Positions 59,075 to 64,000 of a DNA stretch of 64,000 nt are shown here, piece after piece. Both the position numbers and the translations under genes were made by a program. The first letter of the stretch is position 1. Every line of letters starts with the position of its first letter. The stretch lies in contig MGDU01000001.1 in assembly GCA_001790815.1 (NCBI GenBank), positions 2,982 to 66,981 on the forward strand, in the 5' to 3' direction. Below the pieces are notes generated by a model. It was not told where the DNA came from. It was given only the letters and a program-made list of their open reading frames with translations, and did not search any database. The stretch is from Candidatus Uhrbacteria bacterium RIFCSPHIGHO2_02_FULL_46_47. Its GTDB lineage: Bacteria > Patescibacteriota > Patescibacteriia > GWA2-47-26.

Positions 59075-60769
59075 ATGCGACAACATAAACTAATTTTAAT
59101 CGGCATTATTCTTCTTGGCCTTTTTTTGCGTCTCTTTATTTTATCTCAAAGAGGTTCGCTTTGGTTTGATGAGGCATTTTCCGTGCATTTTGCAGAAATG
59201 CCGCTTAAACAGATGCTTCATTATTTGCAGTTTGAAAATAATCCGCCGTTATATTTTATTCTGCTTCATTTTTGGATGAAACTTTTCGGAAGCGGAGAGC
59301 TTGCGGTGCGCGCGCTTTCCATGATTTTTGGCATGGCAAGCATTCCGATGGTATATGTGCTGGGCGTGCGGCTTTTTACTCCTCTCGCCCAAACCCCCTC
59401 ACCCGATCTCGCTTCCGCTCAATCACCCTCTCCCCAAGGGAGAGGGCAGGGTGAGGGACGAGTGGCCGGACTTTTTGCGGCATTTCTTCTTGCAATTTCC
59501 ACATTCCAGGTTTATTACGCAACCGAAACGCGGATGTATACGCTGTATTTGTTTTTAGCATTGCTTGCGGTTTGGTTGTTCGTTAGATTACAGATTAAAG
59601 ATTTAAGATTAAAGACAGCATATCAGGCGAATCCGTCACTGAGTGATAAGGGTGCCCATCACTCAGTGACGAAATTTGTTCCTCTTTTCTTAGTTCTACT
59701 CCTACTTATCTGGACGCATATCACTGCTTGGATGATTATCGCCGCATTATTAATTTACCTTTTGTGGCAATCGCAATTCAACATTAAACAATTCATAATT
59801 CATAATTCTAGATTCATAATTCTTGGAGCACTTTTAGTGCTCCAATTCCTGCCCTGGGCTGTTAATTTTATTAAACTCAAAATTATTACGCCAATATCAC
59901 AAGGATATTTTTTTTATCTTCCGCCTGATAAGAATTTTTTTCTTTCAATCCTTGAAATGTTTTTGGTGTTTGGGCAGGATAATGCTTTTATTGTAACACT
60001 TTTAAGTGTGGTGATTGTGGGGCTACTTTGGTTTGCATTGCGTAGTGCCTTCACCCCAACTCCTCTCCCTGAGGGAGAGGGTAGGGTGAGGGGGGTACGA
60101 TTGCTATTTTCATGGCTACTTGTTCCACTTCTTATTGGTTTTGCGTTTTCAAATGCCATCCCGCGTTACTTTATTGCAGTAGCGCCGGCATTGTATTTGT
60201 TGCTGGGAATCGGGTTTGCCAATTTTGTTGAGCGAATAAAAGGTAAATTTACTTTAAGACAATTCTACTTACTACATACTACCTTCTACCTACTCATGCT
60301 CGCGTTGATTTTTCCGGATTTACCATCACTTGTAAAAATTGGGCATCGTGAGTGGGATAAATTGACAGGGTGGGTAGAGCAAATGCAAAATGTAAAATGT
60401 AAAATTAAAAATGAGTGTCTTGTGTTAATAAATCCGCATAGTGAGATTTTGCCGTTTGAACGATATTACAAGGGTTCATTGCCAGTGGTCGGCTTTTATC
60501 CGCGCGATGATCAAGATGATCGCGATACACGTATTGTAAAGACAAATTGGATCTCGCTTAATACAAAAGAAAATGTCCCGCGGCTGCGGGACATAACGCG
60601 CGGATATAATCACGTATTTTTGGTAACCGGCGGGATTGATCCGATTGGCCGCAATCTAGTGCCGGCCTGGTTTTGGGATAATGGGTGGAAGAGGGTTGAG
60701 TCTCAGGAGTTTGGAAGAATATCAGTGATGGTGTTGGAACGGTTGCCCCTCACCCAACCCTCTCCCTAA
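59075..60769 (+). CDS. ArnT/PMT-family (GT39/GT83-like) polyprenol-phosphate-sugar-dependent glycosyltransferase with in-frame repeat insertions
   Basis: Polytopic; N-terminal DEAFSVHFAEM loop typical of GT-C mannosyltransferases; follows a Dpm1-like donor synthase. Confidence 0.6.
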   Translation: MRQHKLILIGIILLGLFLRLFILSQRGSLWFDEAFSVHFAEMPLKQMLHYLQFENNPPLYFILLHFWMKLFGSGELAVRALSMIFGMASIPMVYVLGVRLFTPLAQTPSPDLASAQSPSPQGRGQGEGRVAGLFAAFLLAISTFQVYYATETRMYTLYLFLALLAVWLFVRLQIKDLRLKTAYQANPSLSDKGAHHSVTKFVPLFLVLLLLIWTHITAWMIIAALLIYLLWQSQFNIKQFIIHNSRFIILGALLVLQFLPWAVNFIKLKIITPISQGYFFYLPPDKNFFLSILEMFLVFGQDNAFIVTLLSVVIVGLLWFALRSAFTPTPLPEGEGRVRGVRLLFSWLLVPLLIGFAFSNAIPRYFIAVAPALYLLLGIGFANFVERIKGKFTLRQFYLLHTTFYLLMLALIFPDLPSLVKIGHREWDKLTGWVEQMQNVKCKIKNECLVLINPHSEILPFERYYKGSLPVVGFYPRDDQDDRDTRIVKTNWISLNTKENVPRLRDITRGYNHVFLVTGGIDPIGRNLVPAWFWDNGWKRVESQEFGRISVMVLERLPLTQPSP

Positions 60770-60802
60770 GGGAGAGGGGGATTGTAGGTTTGGTGAGGGA
60801 GA

Positions 60803-61465
60803 TTAGTCAAAGATATTGCTGTCCCGACCAACTGCGTCAGTAGCTTTTTCTTGGCACTCTTGCCATTTGTCATAGGCATTATTGACATCTTCTTCTGTGG
60901 CTGAACCCCCCACTCCGAAAGGCCCAGTCTGAAGTTGAGTATTTTGATAGGCATTCCATTCATTGCAACAGGTTGCTCGCCCAATAGCTTCGCCAGAAGT
61001 TGCACAGCTTTGCACCTGGCTTGCAAATTGCTCACGAATGGAATTGAGCAAACCGCGTGTTACAAAAAACGCGATACTATAGGAAGTCCAAATAATTGTC
61101 GTGCCGACCGCGGCGCGGGTAATAATTTTTTTTGCGGTGCCGATTTTTTCGTCATTTCCTTGCGAAGTCATGTATATTACTCCGCCATAGACAAGATAAA
61201 CAATCAGAATCAAGCCGACAAAGCCCAAAGACCAACGCGTAATTTTCAAAACATACACGCGAATATCTACTGCCGCAAGCGCGCTTTCTCCCAACCCAAC
61301 TACCGCGGCTTGTTGAGCAGTGCCGCGAATGCCTTCTTGCAGACCTGGGGAGATTTGCGCGTGGGCAGTGGGAATTAAAAATGTAAAATGAAAAATGAAA
61401 AATGAAATTACAAAAATAAATGCTAAATACTTTGCATTTTTAATTTTCAATTTTGTATTCTTCAC
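60803..61465 (-). CDS. pilin-like small membrane protein, paralog 1 (Cys-rich C-terminal ectodomain)
   Basis: Signal peptide; two TM helices flanking YGGVIYMTSQGNDEKIGTAKKIITRAAVG. Confidence 0.5.
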   Translation of the reverse strand: MKNTKLKIKNAKYLAFIFVISFFIFHFTFLIPTAHAQISPGLQEGIRGTAQQAAVVGLGESALAAVDIRVYVLKITRWSLGFVGLILIVYLVYGGVIYMTSQGNDEKIGTAKKIITRAAVGTTIIWTSYSIAFFVTRGLLNSIREQFASQVQSCATSGEAIGRATCCNEWNAYQNTQLQTGPFGVGGSATEEDVNNAYDKWQECQEKATDAVGRDSNIFD

Positions 61466-61815
61466 ATGTTTGCTTTAGCATTAAGGATGATTCTTGCTAG
61501 TATCTTACCAAGTTCTCGGCATTCCTGCAAAAGCATCTCAACTGTTTTCCTGTCAATCCAAGCGAGTTCAATCAGAATTTCAAGCCAAAGCTCGGTTTCA
61601 CGCAATTCCTTAAGAGCAATGCCCATACAACTGACAAATTCCGGTTTAGATCGCGCGCTAGCAGCTTCACGCGCATTAGCGGCCGGTGATGTGCCAGAAC
61701 CAACTAGTTGGTTGGCAATTCGGAAAGCACCGGGTATGCGAAGCAATTTTTGTGAAAGTCGTATTGTATCAATTGCAAATCTTTTAAGGCGTTGATGTAT
61801 TTCCTTTTCTTCCAT
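61462..61815 (-). CDS. four-helix-bundle protein (23S rRNA intervening-sequence protein family)
   Basis: 117 aa; SQKLLRIPGAFRIANQLVGSGTSPAANAREA ... ELRETELWLEI pattern of TIGR02436/PF05635; flanked by AT-rich inverted repeats. Confidence 0.6.
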   Translation of the reverse strand: MEEKEIHQRLKRFAIDTIRLSQKLLRIPGAFRIANQLVGSGTSPAANAREAASARSKPEFVSCMGIALKELRETELWLEILIELAWIDRKTVEMLLQECRELGKILARIILNAKANM

Positions 61816-61848
61816 TTTACATTTTAAATTTTTAATTTTACATTACCC

Positions 61849-62343
61849 CTACCTTTGTTCCAATCTAAACGGCCCATATTCCAATCCTCCGCGTGAGGGA
61901 CCGCTGGGCTTAAATGCGACATTTAAAATGAAGTTGGTGATAATCCAAGAGCCCAGCATAATGGCCAGGCCAATGGTTGCCCGCACTATGCGCGTGCGCG
62001 CTTTTTTTACGGTTTCTTCATTGCCGCCAGCCATCATCCATTGAATTCCGGAATAAACTGTGAAAATTAAGAAAGCAAGGCCGGCAAGCAAAAATGCAGT
62101 ATTGGCCAAAACGCCAATGCGCGTGGCAATCGGGTTGGGTGCGCTTCCCAATCCGCCAATCGCATCATCAGTAGCTGATGGACCAAAAAGAGTTTTGGCG
62201 CGGCAGACAATTGGATCAAGAGATGCCGCGCAGGGATCAGGATTGGGGGGTGGCGGCTCATCAGCCAAGACAGGCAAAGAAGCCAGAAGCAAAAAGCCAA
62301 AAGCCAGAATTGTTATTAAAATTAATTTTGGGACTTGTTTCAT
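61849..62343 (-). CDS. pilin-like small membrane protein, paralog 2
   Basis: Signal peptide; YSGIQWMMAGGNEETVKKARTRIVRATIGL. Confidence 0.5.
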   Translation of the reverse strand: MKQVPKLILITILAFGFLLLASLPVLADEPPPPNPDPCAASLDPIVCRAKTLFGPSATDDAIGGLGSAPNPIATRIGVLANTAFLLAGLAFLIFTVYSGIQWMMAGGNEETVKKARTRIVRATIGLAIMLGSWIITNFILNVAFKPSGPSRGGLEYGPFRLEQR

Positions 62344-62669
62344 AGAGTAGTGCTACTGGTCAGAATTTCGGCAACTGTGCGGGTAATAATTAAGGCCAAA
62401 AGGGTAATCGCAAAGCCAACTATTGCTCTCAAAATATAGGTGCGCGCTTTTTTTACTTGTTCTTCATTGCCGCCAGCAGTGAGCCAAAGATATCCGCCGT
62501 AAAGAATCACCAGAAAAAAAATCACGCCCACAAACGAAAGCGCGACTGATACAAGACCGGCAAAAATGGATCTGATATCCTTACCTTCGCCCGATACATA
62601 TCCGGCTTTTTCCAAAAATATCTCAGTAGGGGTTTGGGGCATATCTGCTATTGGCCAATGAGCACACAT
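62340..62669 (-). CDS. pilin-like small membrane protein, paralog 3
   Basis: YGGYLWLTAGGNEEQVKKARTYILRAIVGF. Confidence 0.5.
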   Translation of the reverse strand: MCAHWPIADMPQTPTEIFLEKAGYVSGEGKDIRSIFAGLVSVALSFVGVIFFLVILYGGYLWLTAGGNEEQVKKARTYILRAIVGFAITLLALIITRTVAEILTSSTTL

Positions 62670-63337
62670 TTTGCATCATAATCCCATATTTCCAAAGCAC
62701 TCCAGCCACTGCCCCGATCAACTACTAGTCCATATCCGTCAGGACAGGTATAAAATGGGCTGGGTTCTACCTCAGTAGGTATGGCTCCTCCTTCTGAAGG
62801 AGGCGTTACTGGCCGCGCCACATAGCCAGTAACAAAACGAGTAATTGAGGCGGCAAAAAGCACAATTAAAATTCCAATTGCGGCGCGGACAATTGTGTGT
62901 TTGGCTTTTTTTACCTGCTCTTCATTGCCGCTAGCGGTTAAGTACAGCGCACCGCCATACAAGGTCAGGGCGAAAAAAATAACTCCGATAAGCAGGAGCG
63001 CGGCATTTACAATATTGCCGGTAAAAATTGCTAAGTCTGTTTCTCCGGTTCCAAGTGGGGCTAGTTCTCCGCCGCCGGCTTTGAGCAGTTTTTGAAGCAC
63101 TGCACCTTTGCCTGTTTCAAATGCCGGGGAATGTTCCTCACCCGGCATATGTGTGGCATGCACGGCAGGCGCTGGAAATGCGGCAATGAATATGATTGCC
63201 GCAAGAATAATGAATTTGAAATATCGGGAAGCTGAGCTTCTGTAACTACGGAAGCTCAGCTTCCATTTATAATTCCTGCCTGCCCCGCGCCTCCCGCCTT
63301 GGCGGGATGGTGCGGGGATTCCTGATTCCTGGTTCAT
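62648..63337 (-). CDS. pilin-like small membrane protein, paralog 4 (with C-terminal ectodomain)
   Basis: YGGALYLTASGNEEQVKKAKHTIVRAAIGI. Confidence 0.5.
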   Translation of the reverse strand: MNQESGIPAPSRQGGRRGAGRNYKWKLSFRSYRSSASRYFKFIILAAIIFIAAFPAPAVHATHMPGEEHSPAFETGKGAVLQKLLKAGGGELAPLGTGETDLAIFTGNIVNAALLLIGVIFFALTLYGGALYLTASGNEEQVKKAKHTIVRAAIGILIVLFAASITRFVTGYVARPVTPPSEGGAIPTEVEPSPFYTCPDGYGLVVDRGSGWSALEIWDYDAKCVLIGQ

Positions 63338-63338
63338 A

Positions 63339-63686
63339 TTACTGATATGAGGCCAAAATTACCGTGCTGACAATGTAGCTTGTAATCGCGTAAGCGCCGA
63401 CAACAACGATGAATCCAATAGTTGCGGTGGTCAAAATACCAATTGATTTTTTTACCTGCTCCTCATTTCCCCGCGCAGTCATCCAAAGATATCCACCGTA
63501 AATAACAAGAATGCCAAAAATCACGCCAATCATAATCATGGCGCCCTGAATAATCTTGCCAATAATAACCTCCGGAGCTTGAGGCGCTCCACCAAATCCG
63601 GCTTTTTCTCCAAATTTAGTAACAAAAAACCCTGCTCTTTGTAATCCGGTTGACGGTGGCGCAGTGGTATTGTTGGCAATCAACAT
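63339..63686 (-). CDS. pilin-like small membrane protein, paralog 5
   Basis: YGGYLWMTARGNEEQVKKSIGILTTATIGF. Confidence 0.5.
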   Translation of the reverse strand: MLIANNTTAPPSTGLQRAGFFVTKFGEKAGFGGAPQAPEVIIGKIIQGAMIMIGVIFGILVIYGGYLWMTARGNEEQVKKSIGILTTATIGFIVVVGAYAITSYIVSTVILASYQ

Positions 63687-63688
63687 AT

Positions 63689-64000
63689 TTATTGCACTTG
63701 TAGCAAGAGTCGGGTAACAATGAAGTTTGTTATGGTATAGGAAAGAAAGACCACAATCAGGCCGATGGTGGCGTCTTTAATAAGTTCTTGCGCTTTTTTT
63801 ACTTTTTCTTCATTGCCCCGCGCGGTCATCCATATAATTCCGCCATAAATCGCCAAAGCAAAAAAGATAACGCCCACAAAACTTAAAAGATAGCCCACAA
63901 GCTCTCCAGCAACTTCAGCCGGTTGTCTTGCTGTTGCCCCTGCGCGTGTTAATCCGGCTTTTTCCGCGGTTTTGAGAAGACCTGCTTTAACTTCTTCTGC
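63689..64000 (-). CDS. pilin-like small membrane protein, paralog 6 (5' end beyond window)
   Basis: YGGIIWMTARGNEEKVKKAQELIKDATIGL; the reading frame continues open upstream to the window edge (..KAGLLKTAEKAGLTRAG..). Confidence 0.5.
   Translation of the reverse strand, partial: AEEVKAGLLKTAEKAGLTRAGATARQPAEVAGELVGYLLSFVGVIFFALAIYGGIIWMTARGNEEKVKKAQELIKDATIGLIVVFLSYTITNFIVTRLLLQVQ

Noticed and set aside
15720-60800. CRISPR array interpretation of the GC-rich repeats
   Set aside because: Copies are dispersed, not regularly spaced, of variable length, mostly intragenic and palindromic; no cas genes in the window

Overview
This 64-kb window looks like a Candidate Phyla Radiation (CPR / Parcubacteria-like) bacterial chromosome segment at roughly 45% GC. 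It carries a 5S gene and a 23S rRNA gene with no 16S nearby. The 23S spans about 6.6 kb because at least six group I introns interrupt it. Two of those introns encode LAGLIDADG homing endonucleases; a third LAGLIDADG gene stands free next to a tRNA locus.

Housekeeping genes present are polA, gyrA, pnp, rnc, nusB, rpmF, rpsO, tig, tsaD, lspA and xerC/D-like. Five tRNAs are visible: Glu-TTC, Ser-CGA, Arg-TCG, Arg-TCT and His-GTG.

There is a pyrophosphate-based sugar-metabolism module: a TrmB regulator, a PPi-type phosphofructokinase, a PfkB kinase and a membrane H+-pyrophosphatase, plus a PGI/PMI isomerase. An envelope glycosylation cluster includes a flippase, an O-antigen-ligase-like protein, a Dpm1-like GT2 and an ArnT/PMT-like GT.

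The most unusual features are these:
1. A family of GC-rich palindromic mini-elements (CCCTCACCC..CCTCTCCC-N-GGGAGAGG..GGGTGAGGG and variants) is inserted in frame into many genes: tsaD three times, polA, xerD, the flippase, the ligase and the ArnT-like gene.
2. A heptanucleotide microsatellite (CTACATA)n is inserted in frame in at least five genes.
3. At the 3' end there is a tandem array of at least six paralogous pilin-like small membrane proteins with an invariant loop motif. A mobile-looking four-helix-bundle (23S-IVS family) gene splits the array.
4. A tRNA-Ser sits nested inside a second, split tRNA-like structure.
5. Several GC-rich (58-68%) islands are likely foreign. One contains a perfect 920-bp tandem duplication.
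6. A VapC/PIN toxin-antitoxin cassette is flanked by 155-bp direct repeats.
7. A promoter- and terminator-bracketed candidate sRNA lies downstream of pnp.
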